Source: Sphyrna mokarran (Eukaryota). Taken from it: DNA of 64,000 nt. The notes beneath the pieces were generated by a model that saw nothing but the letters and a program-made list of their open reading frames with translations, did no database searches and was not told the origin of the DNA. Of this stretch, positions 39,201-52,259 are shown one piece after another. Both the position numbers and the translations under genes were made by a program. Within the stretch, counting starts at the first letter, position 1. Each line of letters starts with the position of its first letter. The stretch covers positions 30,070,001 through 30,134,000 of the forward strand of contig JAGIQG010000011.1 of assembly GCA_024679065.1 (NCBI GenBank). The letters are read 5' to 3'.

Positions 39201-40896
39201 ATATTGAAAAAAAATGCTGCTGATTTGACTGCAGACATTGTCATTAAACTATGAATAGTCAGAAACTATAAAACTGCAAGTCAGTAGCCTAAGGTATGGA
39301 ACTTATTTTCAGTTTATTCTTATTAAAATGTCCAAAGCTTTGGAGAAATAAAACCTTACTTAATTAACCTTGAATTTTGATTGAAATTTATGTTGATGTA
39401 GTTAAAGGTAGAATATATTTCCATAGCAATAGGAACTGGTTCTTCTACAAACCAAACAACACGCAAAAGGACCTGTCTTTCCTGTTTTATATATAATGAG
39501 TGATTTGAGATTCATTGAAAAAAGATCCTTGTTTACTTTGGTTCTTTACTTAGTTTATGTAATTATGCGGAGTTGAATTACATTGTTGGTCAAGTCATGC
39601 CAGTAGGGTCAAAAACCAGAGTCAATCCTGCTCCAGTGGGCAGCAGGACTCCAGTGCAGCATTTTCTCACTATCCAATTTAAGAACAATGTCCTTCCCCT
39701 TAGTGCCGTTGGCTCAGGTCAGCAAGCCAGTTGTTCAATAGTACCATTGATCGCATGACTAACTCTGCAACTCCTGGGACGGGTTATATCAATGGTGCTG
39801 TGCCCTGGATGAAGTGAGTTTCATTGGTGGGGGGGAACAACCATGTCCAGACAGGCAAGCTGTAACAATCAGAGTTGGGGTGATGTGCTCTGGCAGGGCT
39901 GTTGCTGCAGGGGCAGCCACTGACGCCAAATGAGGGCCTCCATGGGCCATGGACTGTCCATCAAGGAGGGCCTGTATCGCAGAACCTCTTAAGTGGTCAT
40001 TATATTTGGCAGCAAACCCTCCCAATGCGGACTAAATGTCTATGCAGCAGGAGGTGACTCTTAATTAGCCACATAAATTACTCGATTAACTGCCCGCTAG
40101 GCAGCTACATCACTAAGGTGCCTGCTGCTGGCAGTGTGCCTTGGTGACCAGAAAGATATCAGGCTCATCTGCTAACAGTACCTCTCCATAAAGCCATCCC
40201 GTCACCAACAGATTAGGAAAATTCAGCCCAAAGGATAAGAATTATTGCCAAAATTTGTACTTCTCATCAGCATGCAGTGATTCCAGCTGGCAAATCTGCA
40301 TGTTTGTGCATTATGGTGAGAACAAGTTTGGTTTTGGATGTGATGGTTAGCTTGCCTAACACTCACTGGTGAAGCTCATATGTGAAGGATGAGCAGTGCA
40401 GCCAGGTGCCAGTGGACAGCTGATGCCCATAGAAATGCATAATGTGCTACATTATAGGCCTTGGTTCTTCAATTAAGTTCCAATTGATGAAATTACTAAT
40501 TTAGCTGAACGGGCTAAATTTCCTGCTCTGTTCTTATAAGTTGCACTCCATTGATGAAAGCTGAAAAATATATAATCCAGAATTCACCAACCTCACCTGC
40601 AACTGGGATTCTCGTCCCGCTACAGTGAATGGAGATTTGGCTAAGCAGCAAATTCTTCATTCATATAGGCAGTGATAACAGGACATCAGACTGGAGAATT
40701 CTGGCCAAAAAGTCAGACTTTTTTTTAATATTAAAACCATCATGTATATATTGAAAGATTCAAATTGCTTCTACAACACAGCAGTTCTTAATTATTTATC
40801 CTCGGTTAGAAATATGTTGCAGGAATGTACAAATTGCTTTGAAGTAATAGATCATTTTCCTATGTTATAAATTTGTAATATTATTCTTATCTGCAG

Positions 40897-40993
40897 AAAA
40901 TGTCCTCGGGGCAACAGAATTCAAAGACAGAAGCAAAACGCAACACATTACAGTTCCGACAACACAACAAGAGCATCAACAAGATTAATTTAA
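40897..40993 (+). CDS. TMEFF2: TMEFF2 last coding exon (cytoplasmic tail KCPRGNRIQRQKQNATHYSSDNTTRASTRLI*)
   Basis: ttatctgcag| acceptor; TMEFF2-specific C-terminus SSDNTTRASTRLI then TAA. Confidence 0.96.
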
Positions 40994-41186
40994 AAAAAGC
41001 ATGATTGTACAGCTGCAAAAATAATTAGACACAGTTTGGACTATTATCATACAAAATGGAACAACACATGTTGCCTTGCATTTGTGGTATACTACACCAA
41101 TGAATACATATACTACAGTTATATTTGATTATGTCTGGATATATTTCAAATAGTATATACTGTCTTGATGTGTTTTCTGTAACAAA

Positions 41187-41192
41187 AATAAA
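41187..41192 (+). terminator. Candidate TMEFF2 polyadenylation signal AATAAA
   Basis: First AATAAA ~195 nt after the stop, at the end of a 3' UTR block resembling mammalian TMEFF2; another follows at ~41264. Confidence 0.5.
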
Positions 41193-42439
41193 TGGCTAAC
41201 AATTTATATCACAATATTGATTTTAATTTGCACATGAAGTACTATAAAGCTGGACTAATGGAAAATAAATACTTCTGTGATGTTTCTGAATTTTTTAAAG
41301 ATGAAACGTGCTTTGGATTTTTTTTAAAAAGCAAGCAATTTGTAATGCTCAGTCAGATATTACCTATGTTAAGTAAAGAAAATAAGAATTCTATGCTGTT
41401 AATTGAAAATTAATTTTGGGAAGCTATGAGTTAATGACCAGAGCTTCTACCATAATTTTTTTTACTCACTTGTTACCAAGGGCAGTGAGCTTTATAAGGT
41501 CAATGCTATTTATCTGAATTCAGTAGTATTGTATACATGACAGTGTAACACATGATAACAAAAAGAACTCAGTTAAAAGGCTCTCTCGGTTTAGACAGAT
41601 AAACTATAATAAGTGTCATTAGTGAAGTATCCTATTTTATATTGTGTGTGCTTTTGCACTAGCATTACTCAAAATGCACCTTTTACATAAACACCGGAAC
41701 ATACATCATAAGCAACTTTTACCAGTTGATTACAGGTCACCCAGGCTGATTAGTCAGAAACAATGGTTTAAATGTGTTGCATTGACCAAAGTGGTAGTAA
41801 CTAGAGGATCACATATGTACTTTTTGATAATGACAAAGAATAGTTAGGGCATTGTTTTGCTCTGTTTTGGATCCTCATTTGAAATATACATTTCCAGTGC
41901 TAACGTTTCATAATAAGATGACAAAAATAAAAATATTACTTCAGCAATAGGGAGTTTTGAATTGTTTTCTTAGTCTCTGTTTACTTCACCTAATCATGCC
42001 TTTCCTAAACTGGGTCTGCATTTGAAAATTGAAAACATGAATTGCATCTTTAGGATTAGACATCGTTAATTAAGCATTCAACTAGATTACTTTTAGATCT
42101 AGCACAGTACAAACAGGGGTAAACGTATACCCTGGCATATGTTTAATAATCCCAAATATTACACGTGGTGATAAGTGTAAATCAAATCGCCTTCAGCAAA
42201 GGGATAAAACAGTATTTCCTGTATGAGTCATGTGTGAGGAAGGCAAAACCTGTGATTGCATTATAGACCATGTTCTGGTTTTTGTTGGAAGTGTATCTTT
42301 TATATTTAAAAGTATTTGCTTCAAATTTTTCAGTAAAAATAATGGTGAAGCTGATGGCACTCACCATTATTAAAGTAAATGTGACAGTAACTTCCAGCAC
42401 TACATGTGCAGTTAAACCCAGAAATAGTCCAAGCAGGAC

Positions 42440-42915
42440 TGAATTAAATTGATTTATTATTGTCACATGTATTGAAAAGTATTGTCTCGTGTGAGTTGTA
42501 CAGACAAAACGTACCTTCATGAAGCACATAGGGAAGAAGAAAGAAGAGGGTGCAAAATATAGTGTTGCAGTTACTGATAGGGTGAGAAGAGAGATCAGTT
42601 TAATGTGCAATAGGACCATTCACAAGTCTGAGGGCAGCAGAGAAGAAGCTGTTCTTGAGTCTTTTGGTATTTGTCTTCAGACTTTTTTTTCCCCCTCAAT
42701 GGAAGAAGATGGTTGTTTGGGACAAGTGGGGTCCTTGATCAAGACACTGCTTGATCAAGAGCCAATGTAAGTCAGCTGGCTGCTTTCCCAAGGCAGTAGG
42801 AAGTGTAGATGGAGTCAGAGGACAAGAAACAGATTTGCATAATAGACTGGGCTGTGCTGCATTCGCAACTCTTTCTAGTTTCTTGTGATCTTGGTCAGAG
42901 TAGGAGCATGTCAAA
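42440..42915 (-). mobile_element. Rex1/Babar LINE 3' fragment
   Basis: SDQDHKKLERVANAAQ resembles Rex1 SAQDRKKLQRVV; ACTCAAGAACAGCTTCTT motif; AATAAATCAATT tail. Confidence 0.65.
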
Positions 42916-42999
42916 TTACCCATTTCATCAGAACTTTCACAATAACATTATCTTGCCAAGAGTCTTCAGCATACAAATACATGAAGTTGCTGTACTTTG

Positions 43000-44984
43000 C
43001 AAAGAACAAAACAGCACAGGAAACAGGCCCTTTGACCCAATGAGCCTGCGCCGCCACCTCGATGTTCCCACTTCCACCCATGATCCCTGTCTACGTTTAT
43101 AGATCTATGCATCGGAACCAAATTAGCGAATTAGAGAGAATTTGTTTTGCCAATCAGCCTAAGAGCACATCTTCGGGGTGTGGAAGGAAACCGGAGCACC
43201 TGGAGAAAACCCATGCAAGCATGGGGAGAATATGGAAACTCCCACAGATACAGGCCCAAATCCATGTATCTGAACAGCACAGTGATAGTCACTGAGCTGT
43301 CGTATTGCCCATCAACTGGTCCAGTTCAAGCGTACACTAACGACATGAAGCACTAGGCTACTCCAAGAGCAGCCCTCTCACGACCCATCGCGTGTATGCC
43401 CCTTGTTGGACAACAAGGCAGACCGAAGTACCTGTAGGATAAAACAGCAGTACATCAATATCATACACAACTTACACAATTCCCAGGGAAGTCCAAAGGC
43501 TCATGATCCCTATTTTAAATCAGTCTTCTATATCCCTCCATCCCCATACTGCTCATGTGCCCATCTAAGTATCTCCTAAATAACTCCAGCATGCCTGCCT
43601 CCATCACCTTACCTGGCAATGCGTTCCACACCCCCACAACCCTCTGTGTGAAAATACTCCCTCTAGCATCCAAATTATACCTTACCCCCCTCACCCTAAG
43701 CCCATGACCCTTTGTAATATTTGATTCCAACCTAGGAAAGAGCTTACCACTGTTTACCTATACCCTTCATAATCTTGTACTCTCTATTAGATCTCCTCTC
43801 AGTCTACGTCTTTCTAAAGAAAACAACCCCAATTTGCTCAACTTCTCCTTGTAACCCAGATCTTCCAGACCAGGCAGCATCCTGGTAAACCTCCTCTGCA
43901 CTCTCTCCAGGGTCTCCATGTCCTTCCAGTAGTAAGGCGACCAGAACTGGATGCAATATTCCAAATAAGATCTAACCAGCGTTCTATACAACTGCAACAT
44001 TAAACACCAGCTTTTGTACTCTATATCCTTTCCTATAAAAGCTAGCATACCATAAGCTTTCTTCACAACCTTCTCCACCTGCTCTGCCACCTTCAGAGAC
44101 TCGTGCACCTGAAGCCCCATGTCCCTGCGCGTTTCTATACTTTTAATAAGTCTACCCTTTATCATACATCTCCCCCCTACATTCTTTCTCCGAAAATGCA
44201 TCACCTCGCATTTATCAGGATTGAATTCCATCTGCCATCTATCTGCCCAATCTATCAGCCAATCTATGTCCTGCTGTATTGCATGACAATGCTCCTCACT
44301 ATCTGCAAGTCCAGCCATCTTTGTATCGTCTGCAAACTTGCTGATCACTCCACTTACTCCCTCTTCCAAGTCATTTATATATATATTACAAATAGAAGAG
44401 GTCCCAGTACTGAGCCCTGTGAAACACCACTAGTGACCAACCTCCAGCTAGAAAAACACCCTTCTACTATTACTCTCTGTCTCCTATTACCAAGCTAGTT
44501 CCTTATCCATCTAGATACCTGTCCTTGTATTCCATTAGCCTTGACCTTTTCAACTATCCTCCCATGAGGGACTTTGTCAAATGCCTTACTGAAATCCATA
44601 TAGATGACATCAACGGATCGTCCTTCGTTGACTGTTTTTGTCACATCCTCAAAAAATTCTACTAGATTCATAAGGCACGACCTCTCCTTAACAAAGCCAT
44701 GCTGTGTATCCCTAACCAGATTGCAATGCTCTAAGTGCATATACATCCTATCACTAAGAATCACCTCCAACAGCTTCCCTGACGTCAAACTCACCGGCCT
44801 ATAATTTCCAGGGTAATCCCTACTACTCTTTTTAAACAATGGTACAACATTAGCTATTCTGCAGTCCTCTGGGACCTCACCTGTGTCCAAAGAAGAGACA
44901 AAGATTTGTGTCAGAGCATCAGCAATTTCACCTCACGCCTCCCTAAGTAGCCTAGGATAAATGCCATCAGGCCCTGGAGATTTA
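43000..44984 (-). mobile_element. CR1 family A, ~2-kb 5'-truncated copy with V-domain 3' UTR
   Basis: RT ORFs 43515-44890(-); UTR 43000-43514 collinear with 17192-17724. Confidence 0.93.
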
Positions 44985-44999
44985 ACAGTTTCACTTTAC

Positions 45000-45292
45000 T
45001 TACTAGTGTTACAAGTAGGCTGACATTAACATTGTAATTAAGTTACTGTGAAAATCCCCTAGTCTCTAGACATACTGGTGCCTGTCTAGCTACATTGAGA
45101 AAGAATTTAGCATAGCCAATCCACTTAACCAGCATGTCTCTCAGACTGTGGTAGGAAAGCACAGCACCCAGAGAAAATCCATACAGACATGGGGAGAACG
45201 TGCAGACTCCACACAGACAACTACTCAAATTGGGAACTGAACCCAGGTCTCTGGCACTGTGAGACAGCAATGCTTACCCAATGTGCCACCAT
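45000..45292 (-). mobile_element. V-SINE, degenerate
   Basis: Minus-strand GGTGGCACATTGGGTAAGCATTGCTGTCTCACAG head and TGTGTGGAGTCTGCACGTTCTCC core. Confidence 0.75.
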
Positions 45293-45559
45293 GTCCCCCT
45301 ACTTGTGAGCTTGATATACACTAACTTATCCAAGCAAAGGTTGGGGCTTGTCCATTTGATATAAGTACACTTTTAATGACTGAATAAATCTTAAATACCT
45401 CGTTGCACTGAAAATTAACTTTTACAAGTGAGGATTCGCATTTGTTAATATTTCAATTATTATTCGATTTTTAGTCTTTTGCATTTTTTCTCCTCCTGCC
45501 ATCTTTTTTATGTAATTTATGTATCTGATTTATTTGATCTGAAGATTAACTTCCTATTT

Positions 45560-46160
45560 GCATCATTGCTGAGACCATAATTTCACCTTCTCATCCTATC
45601 TGCTGCTGAAACTATTATTCATGAATTGGATACTTATTCTCTCTTCCAATGTACTCATTAATGATCTCCCACATTCTACCTTCCATTAATTTGATGTCAT
45701 CCCAAACTCTATTGTACATGTCTTAACTTGCACCAAGTCCTGTTCCCCTATCACCCATGTAATTGCGGACTTACATTGGCTCTTAGTTAAGCAGTGTTTT
45801 GATTTTTAAATGCTCACTAATATTTTCAAAACCCTCTTTGGCCTCCCTCTTCCCTGTTTCTATAATCCCCAGAATATCTTCAATCCTCTAATTGTGGCCT
45901 TTTGAGCTTCCCCAATTTTAATCGCCCCACCATTGATGGCTGTGCCTTCAGCTGCTGAGATCCAAAGTTCTAGAATTATCTCCATAGACCTGCCTGCCTC
46001 CATCTCAGTTTCGTCCTTTAGGACATCACAAAAAACTGACCTCTGTGACCAACCTTTTCATGATCTAACTTAATGTCTCTTATGGCTCAATGTCATATTT
46101 TGTTTTATATTGCATCAGTAAATGATATTGGGACATCTATTTGGTTAAAGGTGCTATATA
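45560..46160 (+). mobile_element. Degenerate L2 LINE 3' fragment
   Basis: ITHVIADLHWL-type remnant; tail GTTAAAGGTGCTATATA. Confidence 0.6.
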
Positions 46161-46465
46161 TTTTAACATATTTTCATCTACCTTTTGCCCTTTGGAGAAT
46201 AATGGGGAAATGTTGGAAGGATTAGCAGGCTGGTTATCAACCTATTGATATGGCAAAACAATCCTGGAGTGGGACTTGAGCCCAGAGCTTGTGGCTCAGA
46301 GATAAGGACCACACCAGATATATATCTGGTTGGCATTGAATGGACTATTCTAACTTAATCCTGGTTCAGAATCTGAACTCATTTATGATTTTTTAAAATC
46401 TGATTGGTGAGGGGAATACATAATTGCTTGTCCCATTCACACAGTTCTGGAAGATATGGGTGAAT

Positions 46466-47127
46466 ATCCCTGAAAGTAGGCAGTCAAGTTGATAAGGTTG
46501 TTAAGAAGGCATATGGAGTCTTAGCTTTTATTGGTAGGGGGATTGAATTTCGGAGCCGCAACGTCATGTTGCAACTGTACAAAAAACTCTAGTGCGGCCG
46601 CACTTGGAGTATTGTTTGCAGTTCTGGTCCCCACATTATAAGAAAGATGTGGAGGCATTGGAGAGGGTACAGAGGAGGTTTACCAGTATGTTGCCTGGTA
46701 TGGAGGGCATGTCTTATGAGGAGAGGCTGAGGGATTTGAGGTTGTTTTCGTTAGAAAGGAGGAGGCTAAGAGGGGACCTGATCGAAACATATAAGATGAT
46801 TAGAGGTTTAGATAGTGTGGACAGTGATAGCCCTTTTCCTAGGATGGAAAAAGCTAGCACGAGGGGACACAGCTTTAAATTAAGGGGTGATAGTTATAGG
46901 ACGGATATCAGAGGTAGGTTCTTTACCCAAAGGGTGGTTCGGGAGTGGAATGCCCTGCCTGCGGCAGTTGTAGATGCGCCAAGTTTGGTGGCGTTTCAGA
47001 GGTTAGTTGATAAGCATATGGAAGAGAAGGGAATGGTTTAGTTTGGAGGGTCATTGCTTTTTATATTGGTCGGCGCAACATCGAAGGCCGAAGGGCCTGT
47101 TCTGTGCTGTAATGTTCTATGTTCTAT
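46466..47127 (+). mobile_element. CR1 family B 5'-truncated copy
   Basis: Nearly identical to 7335-7991 including the tail. Confidence 0.95.
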
Positions 47128-48811
47128 ATTGTAAAAGATACTGTGCCAAAAAAGCTTTCTAATCACAAAATGGACGAGCTCCAAGTTGCAGTGCAAAAGC
47201 CTAAGGAAAGTCTGTGCACAAGTATGGCTGCAGTGAAATGATGGTGGCGTTTATTGTCCACTGAAAGCAAAATCCAGTCCATCACGACTGAGTTATTATT
47301 AGTGCAGTTTGTAATAATTAGTATTAGTATACTAAATAATCCTAACGTATGCAATTTACCAATCACAAGCAAAGCTGCATTTCAAGTAAACTTTTAATTT
47401 TAAGAGACATACAAAATTATGTATAAATTTGCAAGAAAAAAAACACTTATTTTGCACTTATCCAGTCAGTGTTTTTGATCAGGCAATATTTATTGGTAGT
47501 GTAGTTTTAGCACAATTCATGTGGTGCTGCAGGGCAATGAAGCATTAAAGGATGTGCATGCAAGTATGTTATAATTAATTTTAGTGATAACCAACACCTT
47601 TTCGTTAATTAAAATTATAATCAAAGCAAGTTATTTCATTGCGAAATTAAATGCAAAAGTACATATAAAAACTAACTGAAGTTTGAGCAACTGAAGTGAC
47701 ATTGATTAAAAACAATCACCAACCTGTTCTCAAACGGCACCTATCTCTGCATTGTTGGCATCTATACTTACGCTAAGTAAAAAGTATTAGATTAAGATCT
47801 ATAACAGAGTGCAGGTGAATGTAAATATCTTTGAGGCGACCATGCTTTGTTCTCCACATTCCTTTGGCCATTGCTGAAAGGCAAATGATAAGGCCAACAA
47901 GTGAAGACACCATTTGGCTCAGTTGTGCTGACCCTCACGCATGATCAAAGAGCCAACCTATTCTCTTCGCTCAAACTCACTACAGTGAGCAGTTATTTAA
48001 GAAAAGCAGCAGTTTGCATCCTATATCCCTGCATAACGTACCAGCTTCAACTGAGGATCAGAAAAACTGCAATTTTATCAGTGTCAACTGCAGTCCAGAT
48101 TTTTAATAAAAATGTCGCACGCGTATAATCATACATCATATAAGAAATATATGCACACGCACTCTCTCTTCCCATCCTTGCCTGTGCAAATTTAAGCAAT
48201 TTCTCTTCCCCTTTTCTCCCTTGCTCCACTGAAACTAATACGGAGCAACTCTGCAACTCCCAGTTACCCAACATAGGGCCAACACCCATTAAGAGACAGG
48301 CAGACACACATACTTGGTTGAATCCACTTGCAACAGCCAGTGTCCCGGCGGCGGGCCTGGAAGTGAGCGGGATTTCCGCTCGGAAGCAGCGAGACTGGCT
48401 CCGTGTGGTTATGCGGCAGCCAGACATGCAGTGTCGAGCAGCCTGGCCAATTGGGCGAGGACGGGCAGGAAGTGGCCAGTTAACAGGTTAGCAGTGGCCA
48501 GTTAGCAGTGACAGGTCGGTGCACCATGTGAAAGGGCACCTGGACATACAACCAGTTCCTGCTAGCTCGTGGCATCATTCTGACCGTCTGAGAAGTGGAC
48601 TAAGAACTAGAATTGCAGCCGAAAACGGTTCCACCCCACTCCGAACAAAGGCCCCCAACTATCAATACCCCCATCACCACTCCCACCCTGCCCCATCAAC
48701 ACACGCAAATGAAAAAACACAAATATAATCAGGACAGGCAAAAATGCATACAACCAGAATGCTGAAAAATCTCAGCAGATCTGACAGCATCTGTGGAGTG
48801 AGAATAGAACC

Positions 48812-49017
48812 TATTTATTTGATAGCAAACTTGCTGGCTTTCGGCGTTTGTGCCTTCGTCAGGCGAATGAGGCAAATGAACACTTCATTCGCCTGACGAA
48901 GGCACAAACACCAAAAGCTAGCAAGTTTACTATCAAATAAATTGGTTGGATTTAAAATTGGTGTTGTCAGACTTCTTACTGAGCTTACCCCAGTCCAATG
49001 CCGGCATCTCTACATCA
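48812..49017 (+). mobile_element. Palindromic mini Penelope-like element with two opposed minimal hammerhead cores
   Basis: Arms 48813-48870 and 48885-48941 are inverted; CTGACGA-stem-(G/A)AAAGCTA; flanked by TGAGAATAGA direct repeats. Confidence 0.75.
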
Positions 49018-49868
49018 CGAATGAGAATAGAGCCAACCTTTGTAGTCTAGATGATCTTCCAAAATCTGCAGTATTTTGTTTTTATATACACAACCAGGTT
49101 CAAAAAAAGATACGTAATAAGCTTAAGACAATCCAATCGGGGACAGGAACAGCCTGGTACACATCCAGACTTAATCATGGACAGGCAGATACATATATAT
49201 ATCCAGGGTCACAGAAAAACACACACAAAATCCGGGACAATCAGATAAACCTGATCAGAGACAAGCAGGGCCGTAAATACAAAACTCAGATACACACTAT
49301 CAGGGGCAGGCAGATGCACCTAATCAAAGACAGGCATGCTTGCAAACAAAAATCAGAGACATGCAATCAGAGACAGACAGATACACAATGACAAGGACAA
49401 GCATGTGTTAACTAATCAATAACTGCTGGAGCTAGCCAATACTTCAGTGTTGGTAGCAAAATATGTCAAAACATCTTGCAAGATCTCCATCATTGGTAAA
49501 AAAAAAGTTGTGTTCTTCAAAGATAAGATTCTATATGTAGCTCAAAAAATGTCAAGAATAATTGGTCCCAATAATTGGGAATTAATAATGATTAACACAG
49601 GAATTATTTAACATAAGAGTTAATAATCAATAATAGAGAAGCAGGCTGACACACAAAATCAAGACATGCAGGCACAGACTAAAGAATGACAGCAACAAGC
49701 AGGCACTGCATACAACCAATGGCAGAGGCACACCCACACAATGATTGGCAGAGGCAGACAACCAGTTATACAACCAATCAGACACACAATCACCGAGACA
49801 TCTGTTTCCATCATCATTGAAGGAACAGGTGGATATTCAAGCATATAATCCTGTGTAAGTTAGACTGG

Positions 49869-50830
49869 ATGTGGAGATACCGGTGTTGGACTGGGGTAAA
49901 CACAGCAAGAAGTCTCACAACACCAGGTTAAAGTCCAACAGATTTATTTGGTAGTAAATGCCACTAGCTTTCGGAGCTCTGCTCCTTCAGGTGAGTGGGG
50001 AGTTCTGATCACAAACAGAGCATATAAAGGCACAGACTCAGTTTGCAGAATACTGATTAGAATATGAGTCTTTACAGCTAATCAAGTCTTAAAGTGCAGA
50101 CAATGTGAGTGGAGATAGCATTAAGCATAGGATAAAGAGATGTGTATTGTCTCCAAACAGGAAAGTAAGTGAGATGTTGTAAGCCCAGGCAAGTCATGAG
50201 GGTTACAGGTTGTGTGACATGAACCCAAGATCCCAGTTGTGGCCATCTTCATTTGTGCAGAACTTGGCTATCAGTCTCTGCTCAGCGACTCTGCACTATC
50301 ATATGTTGTGAAAGCTGCCTTGGACAACGCTTACCCAAAGATCAGAGGCCAAATACTCGTGACCGCTGAAGTGTTTGCCAACAGGAAGAGAACAGTCTTA
50401 CCTGGTGATTATCGAGCCGTGTTCATTCATCCATTGTCGTAGCATTTGCATGGTCTCCCCAATGTACCATGCCTCAAGAACATCCTTTCCTGCAGCTTAT
50501 CAGTAGACAACGTTGGCCGAGTTGCAAGAATTTGTGCAGTGTAGCTGGTGGATGGTGTCACGTGAGATGATTGCTGTCTGGAGACAATACACATATTTTT
50601 ACACATCTGATGCTTAATGCTATCTCCACACACATTATCTGCACCTTTAAGACTTAATTAGCTGTAAAGACTCGCATTCTGATCAGTATGTAAACTGTGT
50701 GTGCCTTTATATGCCCTGTTTGTGACCAGAACTCCCATTCACTTGACGAAGGGGCAAACCCCGAAAGCTAGTGGCGTTTACTACCAAATAAACCTGTTGG
50801 ACTTTAACCTGGCGTTGTGAGTCTTCTTAC
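49869..50830 (-). mobile_element. Penelope-like element: GIY-YIG endonuclease remnant flanked by inverted pLTRs, 13-bp TSD
   Basis: Minus strand SANVVY..CRKGC..AWYIGETMQMLRQWMNEH; ~230-bp inverted repeats; TAAGTTAGACTGG at 49856-49868 and 50831-50843. Confidence 0.88.
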
Positions 50831-52259
50831 TAAGTTAGACTGGCACTCTTCAGTCACTCTTGGAGCAAATCCATCAGCGTTGATAGCAAAATATAGCGGG
50901 ACCTGTCAAATCACTTTAAAGGATCCCTTTCGTCTCGTAGAAAAAAGTTGTGTTCTTCAAAAATAGGTTTGTTTACATAGCTCAAAAATGTCAGGAGCCA
51001 TTGGTCAAGCATGGGGATTAACAATGAGTTAACATAGGAATTAACTGCAGGGTTATATGTATGAAGTGACGAACCATCCAAACACAAGCTGTTGAAAAGA
51101 ATTCCGCTTACAGCAAGTTCTCTACCTTCTGACAATACACGGAAACCAGTTGTGTAAACTCGGGCAAATGCGTATTAAAGGCTGCTTTTTAGCCATTGCC
51201 TTCTGGATGACATAACACCCAATCAGTGTAATGAAGTTAACTGTCCATTTTGTCCCTTCCTTGAAATCTTCAGTTTCAAAGTGATTGTCTTCAACAACGA
51301 CAATAATCAGATTCCAAGTGCTGCACTTTGAACTGATTGAAAGTGACTGCTAACAAAAAAAATCTCAACTTAGAGCAGTACGGTTAACGTCTCCAGGTTT
51401 TGACCGAAGGGCACAGATCAGAAAAGTTGAATCTTAATTCCTGTTTCTACACATGCTGCTTGACCTGTTTAGTGTTCTGGATCAATGTTGCAATGGTGTT
51501 TACAATAAAAAGTGCTGGAAACATCATTCGGCAGCCATGTCCGGAAAGATGAGCAGAGTTATGCAGGCTCATAGCTTTAGAACGGCACCAAGAGATTTAA
51601 CCATGTTAAATATTTAATTCTGTTTAAATAACAAATGTTGACTCTGTTTCTCTCTCCGCGGAGGCTGACTGGGCTGCTGAGTATTTTCAGCAAATTTGTG
51701 TTTTACTCCTGATTTCTAGCATGGGCAGTTCGTGTGTTTTATTGACATGCGGGAATGTATACATGGGAAGGACGTGGTTGTGTGGAAAGGTCCATGCTGC
51801 CGCCACGAAAATTGTAGATCGATGTAGAGAAGTGCAAAATCATTTTAATATAAAAAAATAAGTTGGTGATTGATGAATGCCGAGAATGAAAGGCGAGTGA
51901 GCAGGGATGGAGTGCTGAAAACTAAAGGTACTTTGGTAAACTATTCCGAGTACATTACATCAGAAGCAAAATATCTCCAGCCCCTCCTGTACTTTCCATA
52001 TTTCCACCGCTGGAAGCCTGCTGCCATCTGCAGGAAAATAACTTCAGTCACAACAAGGCCATCCCTGTCCAACCTTCCCGGCCAGGGCTGGAAGTTGTGA
52101 AAAGAAAACATCAACTCCCGTGGTTTATTTTCGTTCATATTTGTATCAGTTAATCGCGTGCCTTGTGAGACTGCTCTTAAAAGTTGAAAACAAGCTGCTA
52201 ATCTCACATTGCTAGTTTTGCAGTTTGTTTTGCAGAGTGGGCTGTATAACATACAGTGT

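Noticed and set aside
42182-42619. 145-aa hydrophobic minus-strand ORF
   Set aside because: Spans a Rex1 tail and AT-rich flank; no motif, probably a chance ORF
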